Below are positions 9,596-20,076 of a stretch of DNA of 25,346 bases, in pieces. Below the pieces are notes generated by a model that was not told the origin of the DNA, made no database searches, and saw only the letters and a program-made list of their open reading frames with translations. The position numbers and the translations under genes are program-made. This DNA is from a virus (lineage: Duplodnaviria; Caudoviricetes). The DNA is taken from positions 1 to 25,346 of the IMG/VR virus record IMGVR_UViG_3300025103_000142, one strand, 5' to 3'. Position 1 is the stretch's first letter, and every line of letters starts with the position of its first letter.

Positions 9596-12500
9596 ATGCC
9601 AGAAGTTAGACACAATTTTACCGGGGGTAAAATGAATAAGGATCTTGACGAGAGACTAGTACCAAACGGACAATACCGACACGCTTTAAATGTTGAGGTC
9701 TCTACGTCTGAAGGATCTGACGTTGGTACTGTTCAAAACATTCTTGGAAACAAAAGAGTGGATAGCTTAGTTGGAGCAGATTTCAACTGTGTTGGTAGTA
9801 TTGCCGACGAAAAAAGCAATAAGCTATACTGGTTCATATCTAAGTATGATAAAGACGTAATATTAGAATATGATATTGACCACGATATAGCTTCACCTGT
9901 ATTGGTAGACTTAAAAGGGGGTACTCAAAAAGCTGTTTTAAAGTTTTTTGGAAACACAATAACAGGTATTAATATTATTGGTGATTTATTATTTTGGTCA
10001 GACAACAAGGGTGAACCAAAAAAGATAAATATAAAAAGATGTAAAGAAGGAACCACAAATATAAATACCCACACGCAATTAAGTTTTGGTAACAATAGTT
10101 TTACTGGTATTGCGGTGGAATACATTATCAACCTTAATAACCCTGGTGATGGTGGTTGGGGCTTTCATGCAGCCTATCATCCCCCGCTTACTCCTATAGA
10201 AAAAAGACCTAAAATTGGGTTGTATTCTGCATATGAAAGAAGAAGGTTAGCAGCTGCGGTTGGCGTAGATTTTAACGATTTTGTGGATGATTACGGGAAT
10301 ATTAAAGATGCCAATGGTGGTTATATAGATAATTCAACCTCTAGTTCTTATGATGCGGATGGGAATTCAAGCACTGGTAACTTACTGGGATATAGTGGAG
10401 CGGGGTACGATTTTAAAGCCAGGCATTATAGAGATGGGGAGCTTTTGGGTAGTAAAGTACTTAGGGCTTTTGATAATAATAACGGCCTGCATTTTAGATA
10501 TAGGTCCGGTCATACTGAAAAAGACTTTAAAGTTGGGGATGTTGTTTTTGCTGAAAACATAAAACTAGATATAGAAGAAAAACATATAACGGTTATAAAA
10601 CCTAAACCTTTAAAAGCTCCTTCTGTAAAAATAAATTACAAAGAACAAACAAAAACAACAAATAAAAAACCAAATTTATTTGAAGAGCAATTCCCAAGAT
10701 TTTCTTACAGATATAAGTACGCGGATGGAGAGTTTTCTGCATTTGCCCCTTTTACAGAACCTGTATTCAACCCTCAATATACGCAAAATACTGATAAATC
10801 AACCGATGGTAGTATTTTATACAGTAAAGACGATGCGTATAGCGTAAAGGATCCTAAAAATAAGGCTATGGTTAATGCTATTCATTCTGTAGATTTAATG
10901 GATTTTATAACTATAAATACGCCAGAGGATGTTGTGGAGGTAGATTTATTATATAAAAAAGAAGATTCACCAATTATATATTCTATAGGCACGGTTAAAC
11001 ACACTGATTTTGAGTGGCACGCGTCTGCTTTTAACCACGAGCACGGGCAAAGCTTTGTTGGTGGTATAGGGAGATATGATAGTAACTTATCTTCCCCTAA
11101 GGCTTGGATGCCAGCTGCTGACGCCGGTTACAACTCAGGTAAGTACACTGTTAAAAACGAAAATATTTATGCGGCTTTACCAGCTAATCAATTATTAAGA
11201 CCTTGGGACAATGTTCCTAGAAAAGCTTTAGCGCAAGAGGTTAGTGGTAGTAGAATTATTTATGGTAACTACTTACAAAACTATACGATAGGATCTAAGC
11301 CAAAAGTATTTGTAGATTATACTGACAGAAAGAAAACTGTTGGGAGTTTTGACACCAAAGGATTACCATCAATAAAATCTCAAAGAAATTATCAGTTAGG
11401 AGTTATATACTGCGATGAATTTGGTAGAGAAACACCTGTATTCACATCAAGTGGTGGCGCTGTCAATGTTCCTTGGGCAGAAAATGATGGCACAAAAAAC
11501 GCTAGTAAATCAAACCAAATGATTGCTAGTGTTGAAAGTAATTTTCCAGATTGGGTTGATTCAATAAAGTTTTTTGTAAAAGAAAATAGTGGAGAGTATT
11601 ACAATCTAGCCATGGAACGCGCTTGGACGGGTAAGAGTACTTATGAGTTAGATAATTCAGAAGGGCATTTATGGATGTCGTTCCCATCGTCTGATAGAAA
11701 TAAAATATCAAAAGAAGATTCTATAATCTTAAAAAAGAAAATAGGCGTTGGGGAAGAACAAATTAGTTTTGAAAACAAATTTACTGTTATTGATATTCAA
11801 GACGAAGCTCCTGACGCTATAAAGTATGAGTTAGTTAATTTAGGTACTTGGTCAAACACCACAAACAACCACATGACTGATCAAAACGCTACATCTTCAT
11901 ACGACAGGCTTTTTTCTCACGCAAGTCAAAGACCGGATAAATTCAATCAAGATACTATTATCCTTGATATCACTGCTTGGAACGGTGGTGGTGCGTATAG
12001 AAGTGAGTTAACTGAAGGTGTGTCTGTGTCCGGTGTAAGCTCCGAACACAAGAAAATGCCTGAAAATCTTTACGTCTCTTGGTTTAGAGATGGTGGAGCG
12101 TCTTCTTCAAAGTATAAAGTTTCTGGTGGTTGGAAGGGGAGTAGCGGATACGTTTTAAAACTAAATAGAGACATAACTGAAAAAGATGCTAATATAGCTC
12201 ACGTGAACGGTACTGCGATAGATTCTCAAAATGAAACTCATGTTCATGAAGATTTAGTTTTGCAAGTAGAAAAAAGAGTTGCTAAAGACGATGAAAATTT
12301 CTCAGGGCAATTTTTTGTTAAAATATCAAAAAACCACATAACAAGTATAGTAGAAACTGGTAATGAGTTAAGCAACTTAGATAAGTTTGAGGTAATGGCT
12401 GATCAAGGTGTTTGGTATTGGAAAGATGATCACAACGGCGATACGCAGAACCATTCATCTAATCCATTTATATTTCAAAGTGGTAACCCTTATGGTTTAA

Positions 12501-15500
12501 CAAATTATTCTGGAGACCCAACTTATCATGATGGCGGCAACAATGTACAATCGGATGGAGGTAATAACACTAACCTCAACCCTTTGGGTGGGTACGCTAG
12601 ATTAACCGATTGGCATGAAATGTGGGAAAATATCTTAGGTGAACTAGATGGTAAACCAAGGTGGTTTGTAGATTCTATGCACATGGCCTCTGGACAGAGT
12701 GATGAAAGTGATTATGCAAAATATAATTGCGTAACTTGGGCTGGTAGTCGAGATTATGATCCTGGACACCAGTGGGTTTGGCCAGCTAAATCAGCTTGGA
12801 GTTACCCACCATTAAAAAAATGGTTTACAGAGATTACAGAGAACGAAATTGAAGTTGGGGGTAGTGAAGGTGGTTATTTCACTGAAGATAATCCTATCGA
12901 CATTGTGTCAACATCTAACCTGTTTGACCCACATGAAAACTGGTTAGTCTATGACGAGGCTACTGAGGAAAATGTTGGGTTACAAATAGATGGTTGGGTT
13001 GGCGTTCCGCAAAATGTTAGCAGATGGACATCGGTAGACTCATCTGGAGATCACCATAACAACACTATTTCCCAAAATCATATTAATGGTTTGGAGGGTA
13101 TGGTAACGACAAATGAATACCACACTACTGGGCCTAGAAGATGGGTGAGCGGTATGAATGGTACTGAATTTGGAAATGGCGAAGACACTAAAACATACTC
13201 TAGTACTGGTGATGAAGCCGAAAAACACTTTATGCATTTATCTTTCTTCGCGCCAGGTAAAGATTTACACGACAATACTTGGCATTTTGACGAGCCGACT
13301 CTATATGGTAAAAATACATGGATGGATAATCTTCAAGGTATATGGGGTGGTGGTGTTTTCACGGGAACATCTAAAGATCAAAAGTTTGGTAGCGAAACCG
13401 ATGATGCTGACAAGCATTTTCATTTAGCTATGGAAGGAAACTATGCTGATGGAGAAGACAACGATCACCAAGTTTACCACACGCCACCTGGGCCTGGTTC
13501 TGGTTTTGGATATGACTTAGACTACAGAGAGTTACACGAGAGACAATGGGATCCTACTTTTAACTCTGAAAACGATCCAACAAATAGAATACGTGATTTC
13601 ATTAGAAACTTACATGCGGGATCAAGGTTTAGATTTAATCATAAGAAACCAGGGGTCGCGGGTACGGATCCTGAGCTTGATGACGCGGTTTATACTATCA
13701 AAAAAGTTCACGTAAAAAAACTTTACAACCACACTTCTTGGAGAACTCCTCACAATCAATATTTTAGTGACAACGGTGGATATGTTTGGGATGATCCGAG
13801 CGCGGCACATGATGCTTATAATAGCGTTGAAGATATGGCTTTGATTTGGTTGAATAATGTTGATGCGGATGGACAGCACACATCAACTATGGTTGAAACC
13901 GCTGCCTCGGCTTATGGTAATACTCAACAGGAAAATCTTAAAAAGAAAATCGTAGATTTTGGAGCCGCTCATAATAGAAGAGTTTGTTATATAATTGAAT
14001 TAGATAAAAACCCAGCAACATGGGGTCCTGAAAGTGGCTCTGTAATGGGTAATCCATTAAACTCTAACGAAAATGGCGCGGATGGAATGTGTGCTGATTT
14101 AGACAATGATAACTACACTCATGTGGAGTTTTTAGACCCCGTGCAAGATATTGTGTTAAAGGATTTAAGTAAGTTTCCGGCTATATGGGAGTTAAGTCCC
14201 CAAAAACAAGACGTTGATTTAGATATATATTATGAGGCTAGTAACAACATACCTGTTAGAATTAACAGACACACAAACGAATTATTTGCTCCAAAGGGTT
14301 GTTTAGTAGAAATGATAAACCCACCCTCTAACCAAAGTTATAGTGAAGTTCGTTTAGTAGAGTGGGACGGTAACACCGCTATTTTAGAACCAGGTTTTGA
14401 TAGAGGTGCTAACGGTGATGAGGTTGATTACTCTAATGTTAAATTTAAATTTATTAGAAGAGATGGTAGTTACACCGTTGCCAACACTGGATTACAACAA
14501 TTAACTACCACTACAAGTGGTTATAAAACACGTTTTGTTTTCAAACAAAATATAGGAGCTAAAATACAAGTTGGATTAGCTTGGTATAATTGTTTTTCTT
14601 TTGGAAATGGGTTAGAGTCAAATAGAATACAAGATGGTTTTAATAACATGTTTATAACTAACGGTGTTAAAGCGTCTACAACAGCCCAAGAAACATACGA
14701 AGAAGAACACCGTAGGCATGGTATAATATATTCTGGACTGTACAACTCTAACTCTGGTATAAACGATTTAAATCAGTTTATAATGGCAGAGAAAATTACT
14801 AAAGATTTAAACCCCACTTATGGTAGTATACAAAAACTATTTAGTAGAGATACTGATTTAATTGCTTTCTGTGAAGACAAGGTGTTAAAAGTATTAGCAA
14901 ATAAAGACGCTGTATTTAACGCCGATGGAAACGCTCAGTTAACATCTAATCAAAATGTATTAGGTCAAGCTGTTCCATTTCAAGGTGAATATGGTATATC
15001 TAAAAATCCAGAATCATTCGCCGCAGAGTCTTATAGGGCTTATTTCACAGACAAACAGAGAGGAGCTGTTCTTAGGTTATCTAAAGACGGTTTAACACCT
15101 ATATCTAAAGCTGGTATGCATGATTGGTTTAGAGACAATTTATCTAAACACACATCTTTAATAGGTACTTATGATAGTTATAAAGAAAATTATAACATAA
15201 CGCTAGCCAACACTTACGCGGAAAATATAATATTCAATACTTATTTTAGGTTAGGGGCTGAGAGTGAAGCAATAGATGCTTCGGTTTTAAGTTCTGTTGC
15301 TGGTGGCGCGCCTGTGTCGGGTAACGGGTATACACACACTTGGGAGTCACACAATATCTTAACACATTCTGTATACAATTTTAATGGAGGAAGTTCTAAC
15401 GTTGTTGATCAAAAGTTTAAGCACACCGTAAAAGTGGTAAACCACCCAGAAATACCGATTGGTCATTTTCAATCATACGCGGCTGGTACAAATACCCCAC

Positions 15501-18500
15501 CAACGGCAATTATAGCTCAGGGGGAAATTTTGTATGGTGTTGGAGCTACTCCTGAGGTGGTTGGCCAAGACTACATCGCTGCTGAAGCTGAGATTCCCTA
15601 TGTACCACCATTGTATGGTCATGGTGTAAGTACTGGTGGAATGAATCAGTACCAGATAGCAAACTCGGTTCCCTTAGAAGACAGTGGTAATATATACTGG
15701 CCTGGAGATTTCGCTTCTCTTACCGGTTGGTCAGGTAGTTGGGCTACGAGAACGTACTCTGGTAACAACTTATTCGGTCCTTTAGCTATTAGTGATTCGG
15801 ACCCAAACATACACTCTAAGATCGCTAGAATTCAGAATGGCGCAGAGGTAGTAGAATCCAGCACGACAAACAGCCAATACGTGCATGAAAACTACACTGT
15901 TCCAGTTGTTCATCTGCTTGGTTATGGTGGTCCAAGTTATTACGGTGGTAACGACCCTGAGGCAACCAATACAATTCTGCAAAACTACGAAACTGGCGGT
16001 ATTTTGTTTAATAGACTGATACAAACTACAAACAATTACAACAACTACGTTGAGTTTAGAAACCTTGGTCTTAACGATGGTATGGGTAATTTTTTATATG
16101 ACAACTCGCCAGACACACCGGGTAACGGTGGTCACTCAGCGATGTATGCTGGTGACGAGATAGAAATTAGAATAGAAATAAAGGTTAACGACACAGGCAC
16201 ATATAATTATAACGCTGGTGGATCGGCTTGGGAAACTCATACATCGTACAATCACATAAGACCTTTTGTTCAGATACGAGACGGCGGCAACTGGATACCG
16301 TCAAGTTACCTTATGGAGCCATTAAGTAGTTCCACTGGATTGGCTGGGGAAGGTCAAGCGTATAATACAACAACTGTTTCTCAACATTATTTTTGGCAAA
16401 ACCACCTTATGGCGGTAAGTGGTGGTGGTGGGCCAATCTCCTGGCAAAGTAGTTACGGGAACTTGGGATCTTCTACAGATAAAATTTCAGCTTATTGTGG
16501 AAACAGTTACCTGGCTGTGTTCCCCACGACAACAACAAGTGACAACGGGGGTACTCTAGGTGATCCAATGCCAGAAACATATACTCTTCTTCTAAGATAT
16601 AAATTTAAAAGCCCATCCCAAACCTATAGTCTTAATACCGAGTTTGTAGACGAAAAAGTTGTAGACGACCTTCGAATACGTATTGGTAATTATAAGAAAA
16701 ACTCAACAGGTATATATCCAAACGGTAGTTATTTAGGGGATGAAAGTGCTCAAGCTCAAAAATGGGAGATAACGAGCGTGAAAGTTAGAAAACTATTGGG
16801 TATAGTAGCTCCAGACACAGAGTTTGTGCAAGAGGTGGTTGGACAAGCGTATATAGCGTATGAGGCTGAGAATTTGGGACAAACGGTCTATTACTGGGAC
16901 GACCCAGCAATTAACGGTAATGAACAGTCAACCTCCGCTGAAATAACAAATGCCTACGCGGGTGCTATGTTAGACTCAAACACTGGAAATTATATTTTAA
17001 ACCAAGCCGCTATAAACGCTTGGAACATTGCTAACCCTGTGTGGGTTTATCCTCAAGACCCTATACCGCCGGCGACCGTACCTGCTTTTGTAGAAGTAGT
17101 ACATAGTGGACTTAATTGGGATAAAGCTCTTTACAACACGGGTAGTAGTCATGGTAATTGGGAAAGCACAAAACTCCCAAATTACTTTGGTAACAATAGA
17201 TCAGCTATCCTTAAATGGGCATATAAAACTGATCCAGCCACTGGTACACTTACTAACAATCTAGTGCAGTGGTACGAAGCAGGACCTGATCCATCTGGTC
17301 AAAGTGGTCAAGAAGGTAATTATGGAAATAACTCTAGTACTAATGCTGTTCACGCTGACTCTGGTTATTTTAGCAAAACAAACCTTAGAGATGGCGAGGG
17401 CAACCAGTTTATTCCGCCAATAGAAAACCCAACTCCAGCTCTTGGGAGTAACGGTTTGGGTTACGATCCAAACTGTACAAAAACACATGTAGATTGGGTG
17501 GCGGATTATTGGGTTACTTATACAAATTCAAATAGCTCTACTTCTTACAGCCGAACTTTTCCCTTAAGTGCAGGTGAAGAACTTGAGGTTGGACAATGGT
17601 ACATGGTAGACGTTGAGTTAAATGACGAACAGCACGCGGGTCTTTATACTGGTGGCGTATCAAACATGCCATCATACCTCGCTAATGGTGGTAGTGTTGA
17701 GGTTATGGGTGTTTGTGATACAAACGCTCCGACTGGTGTTAATTTTGGTGAAACTGGTGGTTACGGAGCAACGGGTAACGGTACATCTTCAAGCAGTGGT
17801 CAAGGACGACACGCTAGGTGTGCTCCAGTGTTTAGGACTAAGTATAATACAACAACATATGATGTTGCAACTGGTACTACTAACACTAGCGATAAGTGGG
17901 TTTTAAGAACTGTGTTTAAATTAGATTCTAATAGCTGGGTAAACACTGCCCCAACAAAACTTGATGAAATAACACTAAGGTTTTATAATTGGAATCAAAA
18001 CACGGCAAGTAGAATATACGTTGATAAAATTATTTGTAAAAAAGTTTCGTACACAAATAACACTGGCGCCGCGACAAATTGGGATAGAACTATTCATGGT
18101 AACACGGATCACGACTTACAGGTAAACGCTTTTACGGAATCAAAGAAATACTACCGTCAAGGAATGCTTTGTTATGATAATTGCTTGGGATGGGACAACT
18201 ATCTAAACGGAACCTCTGGACCATATGAAGGTTGGTGGAATCAAGTGTTCGCTGCTGGCAAAGAGATTACAAACACTGGTAGTGGTTGGATACTTAACTT
18301 TAAGGTAGCTGCAAATCCAAAAACAAGTAATTTTAACGGTTCGCTTGGTGTTAAAGTTACTGGGCCTTACGGAGATGTAACAAACGCTGGTTTAGCATAC
18401 AACGAGTTTACTGGAGTCCTAGCGCGAGTAGAGCACGAAGGGGATTATCAGATTAAGTTCAATATGAGTGGTACTAAAGATAGCGATTGGAGTATTGAAA

Positions 18501-20041
18501 GAGATAATAGTACTTACTCTGCTACGTATTTTAAGGAGTATGGTGATTATTGGAGTGACACCAACGCTGGAGTTGATGGAATAATAAACACTGCAGACGA
18601 TTACGGTATATCTAATTCGATTGGGTTTTACAACGCGGTTGGAAACACTCCCCTTTCTTGTGGTATTTCCGATATATATTTAACGCAGTCAGAAACTATA
18701 TTCTCTGGGGGTCAGGCTGGTTCTTGGGGTTTTGATGGTTTTGACTCTACATCTGAACAATATATAACATGGGATAGGTATTGGCCTGATGGTATGGTTG
18801 GTACTAGCAATGTTGATGGTAGAATACAATTTTCAAGTTGCCCTAATTTTGACCCTAACTTTGGAAATGGAAACGTTATGATATCCGCTAATCAATATAT
18901 AGATAAAGTTATAGATAGGTATGAGAAATATGAGATTAGCTTTAACTTTAAAATGGAGGAATATGTTGATATCAACGGTTCTCTTACAGCTGTTGATGGT
19001 ACTGGAATGTTCCATATGTATTACTTCAACGGTTCTGGTTTTGGCTTTAGAATAAATGATATTGGTGACGAGGCGTTTTCTAACGTTGTTAATCCTAACT
19101 ACACAAAAACAGCTGTTAACGACAGTAATGGTGACTTTATGTGGTGGAGAGTAACTAAAATTATTGGGATTGGCGATGGTAGCACCCCAGATGACAACGC
19201 TTATTCAGAGTATCAAGGCCAAAACGTCGAGGCTCTTAGAGATACTTTGGTAATTAGAAGAGATGCTAGTGACTCTAATGATTTAACAGGTTGGATAGAT
19301 GATATATCTATGAAACGTGTTTATGATGTAGAAATGACTCCAGGTCCAGATGGAATACCTGGTAACGAGGACGATGTACCTGTTTACCCGGAAACAACAC
19401 TAACGTTTAGTGAAGATATTAAGGGTTGGACTAGCTTTAAATCTTTTATACCAGAAAGTGGTTTAAGTGTATCTAAAAAATATTTTACATTTAAAGACGG
19501 TTATTTATACCAACATTACAAGCCATTAAAACTTAATGAAGGTGGTTCACATTGGGATGATTGTAACTATAGTGACGCTGAAAATTACAACCACTTTTAT
19601 AATCACTTGCCAGTTTCACAGTATAATTACTCTGAAATAGTAGCTGTTATAAACGTAGAACCAAATGTTGTAAAAACTTTTAAAACGATAAACTACGAGG
19701 GTAGTCAAGCTCACATTACTAATCCAGGTGCGCCTGCTTTAACAAACCCAAAACTTGTAAACCAAAACAACGCTATCGCATGGGCTTTAAACGACTACAA
19801 CGTGGGGTTGTATCCTAATGTTGATGGTTGGAAATGTGTAGACGTGAAGACGGATTTAGACGATGGTAAGTTGTTAGATTTCATTAAAAAAGAAGGCAAG
19901 TGGTTTGGATACATAAGAGGAAAGAAAATCACTGGTAAACTAGACACATCAAAATTCAGCGTTCAAGGTATCGGGAAACTAGGTGGTCTTAATAACATAT
20001 CACCACCATCAACTCTCCAATTGGAACTTGCCAGTGATTAA
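9596..20041 (+). CDS. Giant tail stabilisation / nozzle (P22 gp10-like, 'muzzle'-type) protein with large inserted domains
   Basis: 3481 aa uninterrupted. Starts with FTGGKMNKDLDERLVPNGQYRHALN, similar to tail-tube-B/gp10-type N-termini. Beta-propeller-like blocks (FSYRYKYADGEFSAFAPF, YGSIQKLFSRDTDLIAFCEDKV, YGISKNPESFA, YFTDKQRGAVLRLS, GWTSFKSFIPE) are separated by long low-complexity inserts. Confidence 0.7.
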   Translation: MPEVRHNFTGGKMNKDLDERLVPNGQYRHALNVEVSTSEGSDVGTVQNILGNKRVDSLVGADFNCVGSIADEKSNKLYWFISKYDKDVILEYDIDHDIASPVLVDLKGGTQKAVLKFFGNTITGINIIGDLLFWSDNKGEPKKINIKRCKEGTTNINTHTQLSFGNNSFTGIAVEYIINLNNPGDGGWGFHAAYHPPLTPIEKRPKIGLYSAYERRRLAAAVGVDFNDFVDDYGNIKDANGGYIDNSTSSSYDADGNSSTGNLLGYSGAGYDFKARHYRDGELLGSKVLRAFDNNNGLHFRYRSGHTEKDFKVGDVVFAENIKLDIEEKHITVIKPKPLKAPSVKINYKEQTKTTNKKPNLFEEQFPRFSYRYKYADGEFSAFAPFTEPVFNPQYTQNTDKSTDGSILYSKDDAYSVKDPKNKAMVNAIHSVDLMDFITINTPEDVVEVDLLYKKEDSPIIYSIGTVKHTDFEWHASAFNHEHGQSFVGGIGRYDSNLSSPKAWMPAADAGYNSGKYTVKNENIYAALPANQLLRPWDNVPRKALAQEVSGSRIIYGNYLQNYTIGSKPKVFVDYTDRKKTVGSFDTKGLPSIKSQRNYQLGVIYCDEFGRETPVFTSSGGAVNVPWAENDGTKNASKSNQMIASVESNFPDWVDSIKFFVKENSGEYYNLAMERAWTGKSTYELDNSEGHLWMSFPSSDRNKISKEDSIILKKKIGVGEEQISFENKFTVIDIQDEAPDAIKYELVNLGTWSNTTNNHMTDQNATSSYDRLFSHASQRPDKFNQDTIILDITAWNGGGAYRSELTEGVSVSGVSSEHKKMPENLYVSWFRDGGASSSKYKVSGGWKGSSGYVLKLNRDITEKDANIAHVNGTAIDSQNETHVHEDLVLQVEKRVAKDDENFSGQFFVKISKNHITSIVETGNELSNLDKFEVMADQGVWYWKDDHNGDTQNHSSNPFIFQSGNPYGLTNYSGDPTYHDGGNNVQSDGGNNTNLNPLGGYARLTDWHEMWENILGELDGKPRWFVDSMHMASGQSDESDYAKYNCVTWAGSRDYDPGHQWVWPAKSAWSYPPLKKWFTEITENEIEVGGSEGGYFTEDNPIDIVSTSNLFDPHENWLVYDEATEENVGLQIDGWVGVPQNVSRWTSVDSSGDHHNNTISQNHINGLEGMVTTNEYHTTGPRRWVSGMNGTEFGNGEDTKTYSSTGDEAEKHFMHLSFFAPGKDLHDNTWHFDEPTLYGKNTWMDNLQGIWGGGVFTGTSKDQKFGSETDDADKHFHLAMEGNYADGEDNDHQVYHTPPGPGSGFGYDLDYRELHERQWDPTFNSENDPTNRIRDFIRNLHAGSRFRFNHKKPGVAGTDPELDDAVYTIKKVHVKKLYNHTSWRTPHNQYFSDNGGYVWDDPSAAHDAYNSVEDMALIWLNNVDADGQHTSTMVETAASAYGNTQQENLKKKIVDFGAAHNRRVCYIIELDKNPATWGPESGSVMGNPLNSNENGADGMCADLDNDNYTHVEFLDPVQDIVLKDLSKFPAIWELSPQKQDVDLDIYYEASNNIPVRINRHTNELFAPKGCLVEMINPPSNQSYSEVRLVEWDGNTAILEPGFDRGANGDEVDYSNVKFKFIRRDGSYTVANTGLQQLTTTTSGYKTRFVFKQNIGAKIQVGLAWYNCFSFGNGLESNRIQDGFNNMFITNGVKASTTAQETYEEEHRRHGIIYSGLYNSNSGINDLNQFIMAEKITKDLNPTYGSIQKLFSRDTDLIAFCEDKVLKVLANKDAVFNADGNAQLTSNQNVLGQAVPFQGEYGISKNPESFAAESYRAYFTDKQRGAVLRLSKDGLTPISKAGMHDWFRDNLSKHTSLIGTYDSYKENYNITLANTYAENIIFNTYFRLGAESEAIDASVLSSVAGGAPVSGNGYTHTWESHNILTHSVYNFNGGSSNVVDQKFKHTVKVVNHPEIPIGHFQSYAAGTNTPPTAIIAQGEILYGVGATPEVVGQDYIAAEAEIPYVPPLYGHGVSTGGMNQYQIANSVPLEDSGNIYWPGDFASLTGWSGSWATRTYSGNNLFGPLAISDSDPNIHSKIARIQNGAEVVESSTTNSQYVHENYTVPVVHLLGYGGPSYYGGNDPEATNTILQNYETGGILFNRLIQTTNNYNNYVEFRNLGLNDGMGNFLYDNSPDTPGNGGHSAMYAGDEIEIRIEIKVNDTGTYNYNAGGSAWETHTSYNHIRPFVQIRDGGNWIPSSYLMEPLSSSTGLAGEGQAYNTTTVSQHYFWQNHLMAVSGGGGPISWQSSYGNLGSSTDKISAYCGNSYLAVFPTTTTSDNGGTLGDPMPETYTLLLRYKFKSPSQTYSLNTEFVDEKVVDDLRIRIGNYKKNSTGIYPNGSYLGDESAQAQKWEITSVKVRKLLGIVAPDTEFVQEVVGQAYIAYEAENLGQTVYYWDDPAINGNEQSTSAEITNAYAGAMLDSNTGNYILNQAAINAWNIANPVWVYPQDPIPPATVPAFVEVVHSGLNWDKALYNTGSSHGNWESTKLPNYFGNNRSAILKWAYKTDPATGTLTNNLVQWYEAGPDPSGQSGQEGNYGNNSSTNAVHADSGYFSKTNLRDGEGNQFIPPIENPTPALGSNGLGYDPNCTKTHVDWVADYWVTYTNSNSSTSYSRTFPLSAGEELEVGQWYMVDVELNDEQHAGLYTGGVSNMPSYLANGGSVEVMGVCDTNAPTGVNFGETGGYGATGNGTSSSSGQGRHARCAPVFRTKYNTTTYDVATGTTNTSDKWVLRTVFKLDSNSWVNTAPTKLDEITLRFYNWNQNTASRIYVDKIICKKVSYTNNTGAATNWDRTIHGNTDHDLQVNAFTESKKYYRQGMLCYDNCLGWDNYLNGTSGPYEGWWNQVFAAGKEITNTGSGWILNFKVAANPKTSNFNGSLGVKVTGPYGDVTNAGLAYNEFTGVLARVEHEGDYQIKFNMSGTKDSDWSIERDNSTYSATYFKEYGDYWSDTNAGVDGIINTADDYGISNSIGFYNAVGNTPLSCGISDIYLTQSETIFSGGQAGSWGFDGFDSTSEQYITWDRYWPDGMVGTSNVDGRIQFSSCPNFDPNFGNGNVMISANQYIDKVIDRYEKYEISFNFKMEEYVDINGSLTAVDGTGMFHMYYFNGSGFGFRINDIGDEAFSNVVNPNYTKTAVNDSNGDFMWWRVTKIIGIGDGSTPDDNAYSEYQGQNVEALRDTLVIRRDASDSNDLTGWIDDISMKRVYDVEMTPGPDGIPGNEDDVPVYPETTLTFSEDIKGWTSFKSFIPESGLSVSKKYFTFKDGYLYQHYKPLKLNEGGSHWDDCNYSDAENYNHFYNHLPVSQYNYSEIVAVINVEPNVVKTFKTINYEGSQAHITNPGAPALTNPKLVNQNNAIAWALNDYNVGLYPNVDGWKCVDVKTDLDDGKLLDFIKKEGKWFGYIRGKKITGKLDTSKFSVQGIGKLGGLNNISPPSTLQLELASD
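15554..16870 (+). repeat. Degenerate direct repeat pair (39 nt / 13 aa) within the giant gene
   Basis: 15554-15592 EVVGQDYIAAEAE and 16832-16870 EVVGQAYIAYEAE: 11/13 aa and 30/39 nt identical. Confidence 0.75.
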
Positions 20042-20076
20042 AATAGTGAAAATAAACAATAACAGACATTTACAAT

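Noticed and set aside
15554-16870. DGR template/variable repeat pair or CRISPR repeats
   Set aside because: Only 39 nt, two copies, mismatches mostly synonymous rather than adenine-specific. No reverse transcriptase or cas gene, and no regular array in the window.
15206-19390. Intein or intron as the explanation for the giant insert
   Set aside because: No C/S...HN-C/S/T splice junctions and no LAGLIDADG or HNH motifs recognised. The frame is continuous and the composition is adhesin-like.
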